64,000 bases of DNA, from the IMG/VR virus record IMGVR_UViG_3300033074_002207; one strand, given 5' to 3'. Source of the stretch: a virus (lineage: Duplodnaviria; Heunggongvirae; Uroviricota; Caudoviricetes). Made by a program: the position numbers and the translations under genes. The first letter of the stretch is position 1; each line of letters starts with the position of its first letter. The notes beneath the pieces are model-generated. The model ran no database searches. It saw only the letters and a list, made by a program, of their open reading frames with translations, and was not told where the DNA came from. This document shows positions 28,447-37,640 of this stretch, in pieces.

Positions 28447-29445
28447 ATGTCATCACTCTTTGTAAAGGTTTGCAAGTTCGACCGCTTGCCACATCCAACA
28501 GCGGATGCTATGTTCATTGCCGTTCCAAACGGAACAAGCTGGCGATGTTGCTGTCGTTTTGACAGCTTTGAAAACGAAGATTTAGGTATTTATATCCCTG
28601 TGGACAGTCTTTTGCCTTATGAAATGGCGCGAGATATGAATTTGCCCAATCTTAAAGAGGGTGAACCATATCGCATTCGAACTATCCGCCTTCGTGGACA
28701 GCTTTCTCAGGGTCTTTTGATTCCCAATCGCGGCAGGTGGAGCGAGGGGGAAGATGTTGCTCAAACTCTTGGTATCACCAAGTATGTCGAGCCAGACCCG
28801 GACGACGAAAATTTGCGCGTCACACCAGCGGGGTTTGTTAAATACACTGATATTGAAAATATCATGAACTTTCCAAACGTCTTACAAGAAGGCGAAGAAG
28901 TTGTCATGACTGAAAAAATTCACGGCAAGACATTTCGTTGTGGATGGGTGAATGGCGAGTTTTGCACAGGAAGCGCGAGAACCACTTTCAAAGCCGAGGC
29001 TTCTACAAAGTGGATGGATGTTGCACACAAGCACAATCTGCCCGAAAAACTACGAGAATTCCCCGGTGTCATTGTATATGGCGAGTTGTTTGGCGCAGGA
29101 GTTCAGTCACTTCGTTATGGACTTGACAACGACTGGGATTTGCGCGTGTTTGACATCTATCTGTGTGACGAAGACCGATACGCCAACTTTGATGAAATGT
29201 TGGAATGGTGCGAGAAGTTCGGGTTGCCAACAGTGCCATTGCTTTATCGCGGTGCATTCTCTGCTGATACATTAGCTCAATGGACAACAGGAAGGTCTGC
29301 AACAGCCCTACGACTTGGTGGCGACCATATCACCGAGGGTGTCGTTGTTAAGCCAGCCACAGAACGATGGGACTTTGACAACGGTTTGGGACGAGTGATT
29401 TTGAAATCAATCAACCCAGATTATCTGTTAAAGAAACTTGATTAA
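28447..29445 (+). CDS. ATP-dependent RNA ligase, DRB0094 family
   Basis: PHPTAD, LRGQLSQGL, TEKIHG, YGELFG, VFDI, EGVVVK, KSINPDYL. Confidence 0.92.
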   Translation: MSSLFVKVCKFDRLPHPTADAMFIAVPNGTSWRCCCRFDSFENEDLGIYIPVDSLLPYEMARDMNLPNLKEGEPYRIRTIRLRGQLSQGLLIPNRGRWSEGEDVAQTLGITKYVEPDPDDENLRVTPAGFVKYTDIENIMNFPNVLQEGEEVVMTEKIHGKTFRCGWVNGEFCTGSARTTFKAEASTKWMDVAHKHNLPEKLREFPGVIVYGELFGAGVQSLRYGLDNDWDLRVFDIYLCDEDRYANFDEMLEWCEKFGLPTVPLLYRGAFSADTLAQWTTGRSATALRLGGDHITEGVVVKPATERWDFDNGLGRVILKSINPDYLLKKLD

Positions 29446-29458
29446 AGGAAAGCTAACA

Positions 29459-29833
29459 ATGCAAAACGAAAACAATAATATGAATATTCGTCTTGCATTG
29501 TTAGAAGTAGCCACTGAGCTTGACAACCACGGGCTGTCACGCGAATCAGATGTTATCGCCAGTGTGTTAAAATCTGTAGTGGCGCAGTTGGGCGGCGTGG
29601 ATGTACAGGATATCTTATCCATGCCAGACGCACAACAAATCGTACAAGACGCAAGAAATTGGGTGGAAGATTGTCAATGGGGCGAAGACCCAGAAGTCAT
29701 AGAAAGCTTGCCGGATGAAAACATTCTAAAAGGAGTAGATAGGCACTATGAAGGTGGTCTCGCTGCATTTTTGCAGGACAGAATCCCATACAAACCAGAA
29801 GAGCACACTCCAATGGAAGAATATCCGGTATAA
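29459..29833 (+). CDS. Hypothetical protein with A..LD..G...(E)xD module
   Basis: LEVATELDNHGLSRESDVIASVLKSVVAQ. Confidence 0.7.
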   Translation: MQNENNNMNIRLALLEVATELDNHGLSRESDVIASVLKSVVAQLGGVDVQDILSMPDAQQIVQDARNWVEDCQWGEDPEVIESLPDENILKGVDRHYEGGLAAFLQDRIPYKPEEHTPMEEYPV

Positions 29834-29840
29834 TAGAACT

Positions 29841-30245
29841 ATGAAATATACAATAACACTTATCTTAGCGTGCGCGTTGTCTACCACAGCTTTTGCACAG
29901 TTGCGAAAAGATAACGTTTTAGACTTAAACTACAATGCGAGTTTTAAGGATTCTTTTAGCCTGCGATGGTCTTCTCGTATTGCCGAGAGTCAAGATTGGA
30001 CTCTTAAGGGTTTCAATGCTGGCGGTGCATACTCTTTGAACAAAGGACCAACTCGCCTTGCGGTCACATACGACTTGATGCGTGGCTATAACGATGGTGC
30101 AGAAATTGGTCATAGATACGGACTGTCTTTTTCAACCAATGCACCAAACATGAATCTTGCGTTTTCACTATTCAAGAGTGACGGTATGATGAACCAAATG
30201 AATGGTTTTTCTGGACGCTTAGATTTAAATATGAAATTCAAGTAG
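29841..30245 (+). CDS. Secreted beta-rich protein, possible small outer-membrane protein
   Basis: Signal peptide (AFA/Q); alternating beta pattern; C-terminal LNMKFK. Confidence 0.6.
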   Translation: MKYTITLILACALSTTAFAQLRKDNVLDLNYNASFKDSFSLRWSSRIAESQDWTLKGFNAGGAYSLNKGPTRLAVTYDLMRGYNDGAEIGHRYGLSFSTNAPNMNLAFSLFKSDGMMNQMNGFSGRLDLNMKFK

Positions 30246-30310
30246 GACGTTCGAACTACCATAAAGCATTTTGGCGTTTTGTGGGTAATAATAAGGGTGT
30301 GAGGTGAAAA

Positions 30311-30691
30311 ATGTTGACCACAACACCCTTATTGTTGTTTGCAGTCCCCTTTTTAGTATGGGGGCTCGTCGCCCACCTAGTTGCCGACTGGTTGTTCCAA
30401 AACACCTGGCAGGCACAATACAAACGCGATTGGAGACACCCCGCCGCCTGGGTGCATTCGGGAATCCACACGTTTCTCTACCTGTTCATTTTTCCTTGGT
30501 ATGTAGCTATCGCACTAGGCGTCATTCATATGATGATTGACACAAGAAAGCCGCTGCTATGGTGGGAAAAATATGTGAAACAAACCCATGATGGTGAAAT
30601 TGCTATGCACATCACCATTTGGCGCGACCAAGTGTTACATATTGCTTTTCTAGCAATCGCAGCACTTGTTTCAGGAATAATCCTCATTTAA
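30311..30691 (+). CDS. DUF3307-like membrane protein
   Basis: HLVADWLFQ..WQA..K, HSGIH, H..ID, DQVLH. Confidence 0.8.
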   Translation: MLTTTPLLLFAVPFLVWGLVAHLVADWLFQNTWQAQYKRDWRHPAAWVHSGIHTFLYLFIFPWYVAIALGVIHMMIDTRKPLLWWEKYVKQTHDGEIAMHITIWRDQVLHIAFLAIAALVSGIILI

Positions 30692-30716
30692 AGCCCAGAC
30701 GCTGTATATAATCAAG

Positions 30717-31091
30717 ATGTCTCAGGCATTAGGAACACATATCATTCTCGATTTATACGGATGTAACCCGGACGTGATGTTGCACGTTCCTACAGTCCAG
30801 TCTATCATGAGGAGCGCCGCTGAAGAAGCACAGTTCACGATTGTCACGGAAGAATACCACCAATTTGAACCACACGGGGTCAGCGGCGCAACAATCATCC
30901 AAGAGAGCCATTTGTGTTTGCATTCTTGGCCTGAATATAAATTCGTCTCTATTGACATTTATTATTGTGGTGAAAACGACCTGGTGGAACAAGCAATTAG
31001 CTTTTTAATCAAGAATTTTAAACCAGAGTTTATTGAGCGAAAAGATTCACCAAGGGGTATTCCAGAAATGTATAATAAATTTCTGAAATAA
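30717..31091 (+). CDS. speD: S-adenosylmethionine decarboxylase proenzyme
   Basis: GTHIILDLYGC, HQFEPHGVSG, QESHLCLHSWPE, IDIYYCG. Confidence 0.95.
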   Translation: MSQALGTHIILDLYGCNPDVMLHVPTVQSIMRSAAEEAQFTIVTEEYHQFEPHGVSGATIIQESHLCLHSWPEYKFVSIDIYYCGENDLVEQAISFLIKNFKPEFIERKDSPRGIPEMYNKFLK

Positions 31092-31128
31092 TGCAGGAAT
31101 GTCACCTAGCTTTACATAAAGTGTTTAT

Positions 31129-32025
31129 GTGGCTAAGACAATTTTTACCCCCGAACAAGATGAAATGCTTAAACAACTGTATCCTGTCATGGGAACAGAT
31201 GTCGTTGTTTTTTTACCTTTTACTCGAAAACACATTTCCACAAGAGCTTATGGGCTGGGGTTAAGAGTATGCAAAGAATCTAAAAGTAAAAAAGCTGCAA
31301 TTTTTGCATCACGCCCTCGACCGGATTTGTGTGGTGTTGATTCAAATTTATTTACTAATATACACTCGCCAGAAATAGCATATTTATTGGGTATGATTTG
31401 GGCAGACGGTTATGTAGACAAAAAATCATTTCGAATTATGCTTTCTATTTCAGAAAATGATGCTAACCAAATCGAGTCTGTTGTTTCCCGTACAGGAAAG
31501 TGGAGCATTCGCACCTGGCAGCCTCCGGGTAAAAGGAAACCCCAAAAAAGTTTTACTATCTCCAATAAAGTGATACATCATTTTTTATCCGAAAATGATT
31601 ATCAATCTAAAAGTGTATCATCCGCGTGTAAAATTTTAAATTGCATCCCCGAACAATTGCAGCATTATTTTTGGCGCGGTTATTTTGACGGCGATGGTTG
31701 TATTAGTAATCGCTTGCGTCATGGAGGGCATTCGTCACAAATGTCTTTATCTGGCTCCTTTAATCAAGATTGGACGTTTGTTAGCAAGCTTTTTGCAACA
31801 TTAAATATTGAGATGAAAATACAAAAACAAGAAGCTAAGCATAGATATTCTCGCGTAGTGGTTTATAACATGAATGACATCAACACCTTCTTTGAATACA
31901 TATATCCCGAGAAAAAATATGATGGTATTGGGTTAGAGAGAAAATATGGTAAATGGATAGAAATGCTTCACAATAGTTCTCAATCGAGATATTCTACGAT
32001 TAAAGCATTATCTCAACTGGGCTGA
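31129..32025 (+). CDS. Free-standing LAGLIDADG homing endonuclease
   Basis: YLLGMIWADGYV and FWRGYFDGDGCI. Confidence 0.9.
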   Translation: MAKTIFTPEQDEMLKQLYPVMGTDVVVFLPFTRKHISTRAYGLGLRVCKESKSKKAAIFASRPRPDLCGVDSNLFTNIHSPEIAYLLGMIWADGYVDKKSFRIMLSISENDANQIESVVSRTGKWSIRTWQPPGKRKPQKSFTISNKVIHHFLSENDYQSKSVSSACKILNCIPEQLQHYFWRGYFDGDGCISNRLRHGGHSSQMSLSGSFNQDWTFVSKLFATLNIEMKIQKQEAKHRYSRVVVYNMNDINTFFEYIYPEKKYDGIGLERKYGKWIEMLHNSSQSRYSTIKALSQLG

Positions 32026-32176
32026 GCATAAATACGCCTCGATTGATGTGTTTTATTGTGGTGAAAACCTGCATGCACAAAAGTGTATCGACCACCTAAT
32101 CAAAGCATTTGAAGCAACACATTATGAAATTGCAACTATTGCTCGCGGTTTGAAAAACACATACGAGCGTTTCTGA
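32015..32176 (+). pseudogene. speD: Orphaned 3' half of a speD allele
   Basis: NWAEHKYASIDVFYCGENLHAQKCIDHLIKAF...ARG aligns with SWPEYKFVSIDIYYCGENDLVEQAISFLIKNF...PRG. Confidence 0.85.
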
Positions 32177-32211
32177 GAGGATTAAGCCATGCTTTCTTGT
32201 AAAAGAAGAGT

Positions 32212-32613
32212 ATGAATACTCTTAAACGATTAGCACGTCTAGCAAACGATTTAGACGATATGGGTATGTACAATGAGGCTGATGCTATTACTGGTGTCGT
32301 CCAGCGAGTTGCACAACAAACACCACCAGAACTGTTGAACATGGATGCTCGAAGCTCGACACATGGAAACTATGACCTTACAGCTTGGCGACAAGCCTTT
32401 ATGGATAAGTATAACAAATTCAATCAAATGGTGAGCATTGCCAAGGATGACCAAACACCTATGGATGCCATCAATCCTGCTGGTATTCAATCTCTTTACA
32501 ACGAAATGTTGTATATTGCTGGTAACTATCTTTCAACCGACCCAGCAATTTTCAATCTTATGAAAAATGTAGTGCTTGAATATAAAGGAATTTTTGAAAA
32601 CGGAGCAGTATAA
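32212..32613 (+). CDS. Hypothetical protein with A..LD..G...EAD module
   Basis: LARLANDLDDMGMYNEADAITGVVQRVAQ. Confidence 0.75.
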   Translation: MNTLKRLARLANDLDDMGMYNEADAITGVVQRVAQQTPPELLNMDARSSTHGNYDLTAWRQAFMDKYNKFNQMVSIAKDDQTPMDAINPAGIQSLYNEMLYIAGNYLSTDPAIFNLMKNVVLEYKGIFENGAV

Positions 32614-32619
32614 AATATC

Positions 32620-32847
32620 ATGTGGAACTTATTCATCATTTTCCTCAAAAACATATTCAGTCGTCATAATTACACTGTCGAGCCGCGAGTTGAAATCAGC
32701 GATACGCCTGTTGAAAATCCGGTAGTGACTGTAGTGGTTGGTAATAAACGTTTGATGTTGTCTACTGCACAAGCTAGAAAGCTTTTTGGTGTGCTAGGAC
32801 AACATTTGGAGCGTTTAACTCCAGACCCGAAGGAATATCGCCCATAA
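32620..32847 (+). CDS. Hypothetical protein
   Basis: 75-aa ORF in the gene run. Confidence 0.55.
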   Translation: MWNLFIIFLKNIFSRHNYTVEPRVEISDTPVENPVVTVVVGNKRLMLSTAQARKLFGVLGQHLERLTPDPKEYRP

Positions 32848-32883
32848 ATAGCTTTTTTCACACAAAAAACGTGAAAACGGGGC

Positions 32884-32916
32884 AGAAATGGGACATAATG
32901 ATTATGTCCCATTTCT
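32884..32916. repeat. Perfect 16-bp inverted repeat with 1-nt spacer (operator or terminator)
   Basis: AGAAATGGGACATAAT-G-ATTATGTCCCATTTCT. Confidence 0.85.
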
Positions 32917-32959
32917 TTTAAGCTAGGAGAGAAAATACAATGCGCAGAGGTAGAAACAA

Positions 32960-33430
32960 ATGTCAGAGTTCAGAGAAATCAACCGACCCTCCTACGAAGA
33001 GTCTGCGCAAGAGCAACAAGAGAAACTGACATTTGGACAGAAAGTCTCTGATTGGGTGGCAAAATTTGGCGGAAGCTGGCCGTTTGTCATCACCTTTGTC
33101 CTAGTGCTGTTAGCCTGGATGTTTTTTAACACATTCAGCTATTTTAAGCTGTATCAGTTTGACAAGCCGCCATTTGTCCTGCTTAATCTTGTACTATCAA
33201 CCATTGCCGCGATTCAAGCACCCATCATTATGATGAGTCAAAATCGACAAGCAGACAAAGATAGGCAACACTTGCAGGAAGATAGAGAAGTTAATCGTCA
33301 AGCAGAACTCGAAATCCGCAATTTGAAACGACAGTTGACGGAAGTACAAAAAACGCTAGAAGAAGAGCGCAGGGCGAGAGAACAACAAAGCAAGCTGCTG
33401 CAAGAAATTAGAAATCACTTAAAGAAGTGA
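32960..33430 (+). CDS. DUF1003-like membrane protein
   Basis: FGGSWPFV, FD.PPFVLLNLVLS..AAIQAPIIMMSQNRQ. Confidence 0.9.
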   Translation: MSEFREINRPSYEESAQEQQEKLTFGQKVSDWVAKFGGSWPFVITFVLVLLAWMFFNTFSYFKLYQFDKPPFVLLNLVLSTIAAIQAPIIMMSQNRQADKDRQHLQEDREVNRQAELEIRNLKRQLTEVQKTLEEERRAREQQSKLLQEIRNHLKK

Positions 33431-34294
33431 CTTCCATTTTTTAATGTAGTCTATAATGTCTGTTTGAGGTTGCCATCCAAATTCCTCAAACATTTTATGT
33501 GGGAGTGCAAGTCCTGATTTGCGCTCCCCTTTCTTTTCTGGGATTAATTCGATTGGATGGTCGAACGCCTCGGCAATCTCAAGCAGCGTGTAATTTTTAC
33601 CCGTGCCAATCATATAACCATCCCCACTACCGCGCTCGCCAACCATTATTAATCCGCGCACGATATCATCTATGTGTGTAAAATCTCGTGTCTGAGTGCC
33701 AGGTGCCACAACTGTTAACGGTTTGCCGCTCCTGTACTGCTCTTGAAAAATACCAATCACAGTCGCCATTTTTCCTGTGCTGATTTGTCCCTCTCCATAG
33801 ACATTATAGAAATATGTAACAGCATAATCTAATCCATACCAGTTGTGATAGTTCTTGATAAGCTCGATGTTTTTTGCCTTGAACCATGCATAAGGAGATA
33901 GATGTTCGTTGTTGTTATCACCGAATTTTGATGAGCTTCCTGCATATATGAGCTTTGCAGACTTTTCTCGGCAATATTCTAAAATGTTGAATGTGCCTGT
34001 GGCATTAAAGTTTTGACATATTTTGATGTCGTCAAACGATGTGGTAATTCTTGAATACTCGCCCAAATGATAAACAACGTCTGGGCAGAATTTCAACACC
34101 TGGTCCGAATAATGTAACTGCGCGGTGTCGCAGTAGACATACTCAACATTCTCAGCGCGGATTTGTTTTTCTGGGCTGCTTGCATAATAGTTGTCAATAG
34201 ACATAATAATAGTATCTGGGTTGCGAGACAGTTCTTTAACAAGATTGCTGCCGACAAATCCGCAGCCGCCAGTTACTAAAATTCTATTTGACAT
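33419..34294 (-). CDS. NAD-dependent epimerase/dehydratase
   Basis: VTGGCGFVGS, YAGSSS, YAWFK (YxxxK), YNVYG, RDFTHIDD. Confidence 0.93.
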   Translation of the reverse strand: MSNRILVTGGCGFVGSNLVKELSRNPDTIIMSIDNYYASSPEKQIRAENVEYVYCDTAQLHYSDQVLKFCPDVVYHLGEYSRITTSFDDIKICQNFNATGTFNILEYCREKSAKLIYAGSSSKFGDNNNEHLSPYAWFKAKNIELIKNYHNWYGLDYAVTYFYNVYGEGQISTGKMATVIGIFQEQYRSGKPLTVVAPGTQTRDFTHIDDIVRGLIMVGERGSGDGYMIGTGKNYTLLEIAEAFDHPIELIPEKKGERKSGLALPHKMFEEFGWQPQTDIIDYIKKWKSLL

Positions 34295-34304
34295 ATAGCC
34301 CCTT

Positions 34305-36092
34305 TTATTTGTACCAATTTACGCGACGTTTTGAATATTTCCATCCACCTTCATCAAAAACACTTTCGTCAGGTTTGCCGTTCGGCAAGGTTGGATAATC
34401 CATTGTGGTAAAATCGTGTTTATGCTTCATTAATCTTGGTTGAAGTTGCTCCATGAGCCTTTGGCTCCACACACCTGTGTAACCGCCAGATGAGTAAGCG
34501 TCCACCATGTGATATAGGTGGCTTTCTGGCAATCCAGTTACCCTTGCATACTCTTGTGCTATCTTTGGTAGCTCGGGGGTAATTTCTTGTAATGTCATGT
34601 AGTACAAAAGAAAATCATTATCTTCGTTTGCTAACGCTTTTGCGTCTGGATGACCAGTTCCATCTTGTAACTCTGGATAATTTGATGCTGCCTCGGTGAG
34701 TTTCTCCTCATACTTATTTACAATGTCTAAAACACCCAATTTGTTTAATACCCATCTGAAATTAAAAGTTTTGGTTTGCTCATCATAAATATTGTGTTCA
34801 GATTTCTGTTGTTTATACTCGTCAGGATTTTCTGCAATATGTTTCAAAAGTTGTACATCGTGGTCAACAATAACACTTCCTAAAGCCTGCGTAATTTCTG
34901 AGCCGTCATCATTATCTGCAAGCCTATCCCATCCGCCAAGCCCTCCCCTTGTTCCATTCATGTTTGTTTCTACTTGCCACAGAAGATTGTTTATATCCAG
35001 TTCTTTAATATCTCTTGATTCATCGTCTGCTTCAACCGGAATGCCATAATCACTGTGCCTATCTCCAGTAGAATAATCGACCTCATCATTATCTCGCCCG
35101 TAAGCCTCTTCATAGATTGCCCACTTAATAGTATCAGGATATGTGTCCCAATGAACTTCTGTGTTGTCAGTCTTTACACCGGGAAATCTGGCGTCTTCTA
35201 ATGTGGCAAACCATTCTCCAATTTTCTTTCTTATTTCTTTACCAGGCTTTGCATTGTTTTTTGCCTTAATTTGATGAACAACATTTTCTGCACCGCCTAA
35301 TTCAATTGTAGCCACTGGTTCGTTTCTTGGATTTCTCAGTGAAAAAATACGTAAATCTCCTGCCTCAACATCTGAACAATAACTACCAACACAATGGTTC
35401 ATTCGATTACCCTCAACTGATAAATCATTTTTGTTGGTAACTTGTGAAATATGCCATCCATCTGGATATGTATAAACAACACGCTCGTCTTCTAAATCCC
35501 CAAACTCATTGCGCTTGTAAGGCGTATAAGTCAAATTACTTCCCTGACCAGCCATAGCAATGTGCCAGTCTTTAGCCCGCTCTATTGCTTGTTGTAAGTT
35601 GAAGGTTGATAACTGGAAATATGGGTCTTCTCGCGCTGCATGTTTAGCCCAGTCAGCAATTTCTTGAAAGGTATTTTGAAGATTCCATCCCTGGTCTTCT
35701 TCATTACCACCGTCAAAGCCACGGTATGTATATCCCTTTGGTGTTTTTTGCAACCTGAGTTTTCTTAATTGAACCTGTGGCCATAGCTGCATAGTTTCTG
35801 GAAATAAATCAATAATTTGTTGCTCAGCCATACTCGGCGCATTATTTCTCTGCAACTGCTCAGTTCGCATACGCGCATTTAAATTAGAGTCGTATATATG
35901 TCCCTGAATATCCTGAAGCGAGGCAGATGGATTACCCTTAAGGTAATTAATCGCCATTCCCTTATCAGCGCCCTGTTGCTGCACCAAATAGGCAATTGTT
36001 TCTTCTGGTATACCTTGCGCCCGAAAATCAGCCACCATCTCATCAAAGGTCGCGGCAAAAATTTCTTTATATGGCAAGGCTGAATACCACAT
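34305..36092 (-). CDS. Large PcfJ-like domain protein
   Basis: DLSVEGNRMNHCVGSY, IFSLR, ATIEL, QIKAKNN; start placed at ATG 36092. Confidence 0.75.
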   Translation of the reverse strand: MWYSALPYKEIFAATFDEMVADFRAQGIPEETIAYLVQQQGADKGMAINYLKGNPSASLQDIQGHIYDSNLNARMRTEQLQRNNAPSMAEQQIIDLFPETMQLWPQVQLRKLRLQKTPKGYTYRGFDGGNEEDQGWNLQNTFQEIADWAKHAAREDPYFQLSTFNLQQAIERAKDWHIAMAGQGSNLTYTPYKRNEFGDLEDERVVYTYPDGWHISQVTNKNDLSVEGNRMNHCVGSYCSDVEAGDLRIFSLRNPRNEPVATIELGGAENVVHQIKAKNNAKPGKEIRKKIGEWFATLEDARFPGVKTDNTEVHWDTYPDTIKWAIYEEAYGRDNDEVDYSTGDRHSDYGIPVEADDESRDIKELDINNLLWQVETNMNGTRGGLGGWDRLADNDDGSEITQALGSVIVDHDVQLLKHIAENPDEYKQQKSEHNIYDEQTKTFNFRWVLNKLGVLDIVNKYEEKLTEAASNYPELQDGTGHPDAKALANEDNDFLLYYMTLQEITPELPKIAQEYARVTGLPESHLYHMVDAYSSGGYTGVWSQRLMEQLQPRLMKHKHDFTTMDYPTLPNGKPDESVFDEGGWKYSKRRVNWYK

Positions 36093-36235
36093 TGTAGTTT
36101 TATTGGGCTTTTTATAAAAGTTTTCCTGTGTTTGCAGGCTCCTAAAATGGGATGTCGTCCAGTGATTTTTGACGGAGAAGAGGATTAATAAGCGAATTTG
36201 TGCCATCTTCCCAAAAGATGTACTATAATAGAGAT

Positions 36236-37021
36236 ATGTTTGAAATCGCAGAGCGTTTTCGTGAACAATTGATGTTTGTTAACACTGCAAATAATTTGCG
36301 GGTTTTCTGGGTGTCTGTGACAAATGACAAAGAGAGCGACTTGGTGTTCTATTCTTTGATAACACAAGAACACGGAAAAAATGTGGCAACAAAGATTGAT
36401 AACATTGAAGATTGGTTAATCACAACGCCCGTTACACCTGTTAACTGGAAAACCAGTGAGTTTGTAGAAAACATCGCCCCCACTACCACGTATCACTTGT
36501 TTGAAACCTGTATCGGACCGCTTGAACAAGTGTTGGCACGATTTACTTTTGATGGTAATAAAGAGGTGCCAGCAAATCACTGGGAAGTGGTGTATGAAAA
36601 CAACCAATATGGAACGCAAGAAGTTCAATTCGTTGAAGATGACTTCTTTAAGACGAGTTTCACCCCAGCAGATGCGCTCAGTAAAAAATACGCCGAATTT
36701 ATCACAAGTGTTGTTTTCAGACCTTCGGTTTTAGCTCTTCCAACACTCTCAGAGGAACTTGTTGAAAACGAACTTCGATTGCCATGCGATTGCTATACGC
36801 ACGAGCTTTCAGTGCTGTACGATGAAGAAACTGACATGTTTGAACTGGCTTATTGGCAGCGCGGCAGAGGTGAGCAACCCTGGTCATGGAAGACTCGCTT
36901 CAAGATGATATGGGATATTCTTACAACTGGCAATCCATATTCAGACATGATAATTCTTAAGCGAAAAAACATGTATAAATTACATGACTACATCGAGGGA
37001 TTTATGCGAAATGCCAAGTGA
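36236..37021 (+). CDS. Hypothetical protein
   Basis: TATAAT 6 nt before ATG 36236. Confidence 0.7.
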   Translation: MFEIAERFREQLMFVNTANNLRVFWVSVTNDKESDLVFYSLITQEHGKNVATKIDNIEDWLITTPVTPVNWKTSEFVENIAPTTTYHLFETCIGPLEQVLARFTFDGNKEVPANHWEVVYENNQYGTQEVQFVEDDFFKTSFTPADALSKKYAEFITSVVFRPSVLALPTLSEELVENELRLPCDCYTHELSVLYDEETDMFELAYWQRGRGEQPWSWKTRFKMIWDILTTGNPYSDMIILKRKNMYKLHDYIEGFMRNAK

Positions 37022-37421
37022 TATTAATTCCAAAATATCAGAACTGCAAAAACAAATGGATGCTTTGCGGTTGTCCCTTGAAAAACACCCAGATGCCAAA
37101 ATATCTGTAGACAGGTGGCAAAACCAACAGGTTGAAGCAAATCTTGGCTCCGCAGACAATGTAGAATTAATGTTTAGGCACTCTTGTGGGTGTTGTCAAG
37201 ACGCAGCGTTGTACGCTGTGTTTTACGTTAAATATGGCGATAGCCTGACCGTATATCATCCGAAAATCTATATTGGACATGGTGCTTACGGCGGCGGCGA
37301 AATACCTTCTGAAAACTGGCAAGACGAGATTACAAATCAGGGTTTTGCGCGATTTATTCCCGAGATTGAAACATATTTTCAAGCTAATGACCCCGCTGAA
37401 TGTAGCATTTTTGATTACTAA
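37011..37421 (+). CDS. Hypothetical protein
   Basis: GAGGGA RBS; HSCGCC motif. Confidence 0.7.
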   Translation: MPSDINSKISELQKQMDALRLSLEKHPDAKISVDRWQNQQVEANLGSADNVELMFRHSCGCCQDAALYAVFYVKYGDSLTVYHPKIYIGHGAYGGGEIPSENWQDEITNQGFARFIPEIETYFQANDPAECSIFDY

Positions 37422-37619
37422 ATGAAAAACACGCAAAAAAATCGCATCGCAGAACTTGAAGACAAATTAGATAAAGCCAGCAAGTATAACGACCATTCAG
37501 ATTATGACTGCCCGCTGTGTGAAATGTGCGGCGAGATTATTAACGGCACCCCTACGAAATACTGCTCTTTACACCTGCAAATCGCCGTTTTAGAGAAAGA
37601 ATTGGAATCCCGCACATAA
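37422..37619 (+). CDS. Small Cys-rich hypothetical protein
   Basis: CPLCEMCG..CSLH. Confidence 0.6.
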   Translation: MKNTQKNRIAELEDKLDKASKYNDHSDYDCPLCEMCGEIINGTPTKYCSLHLQIAVLEKELESRT

Positions 37620-37640
37620 AGTGTGGTAAAATAGGGCATC

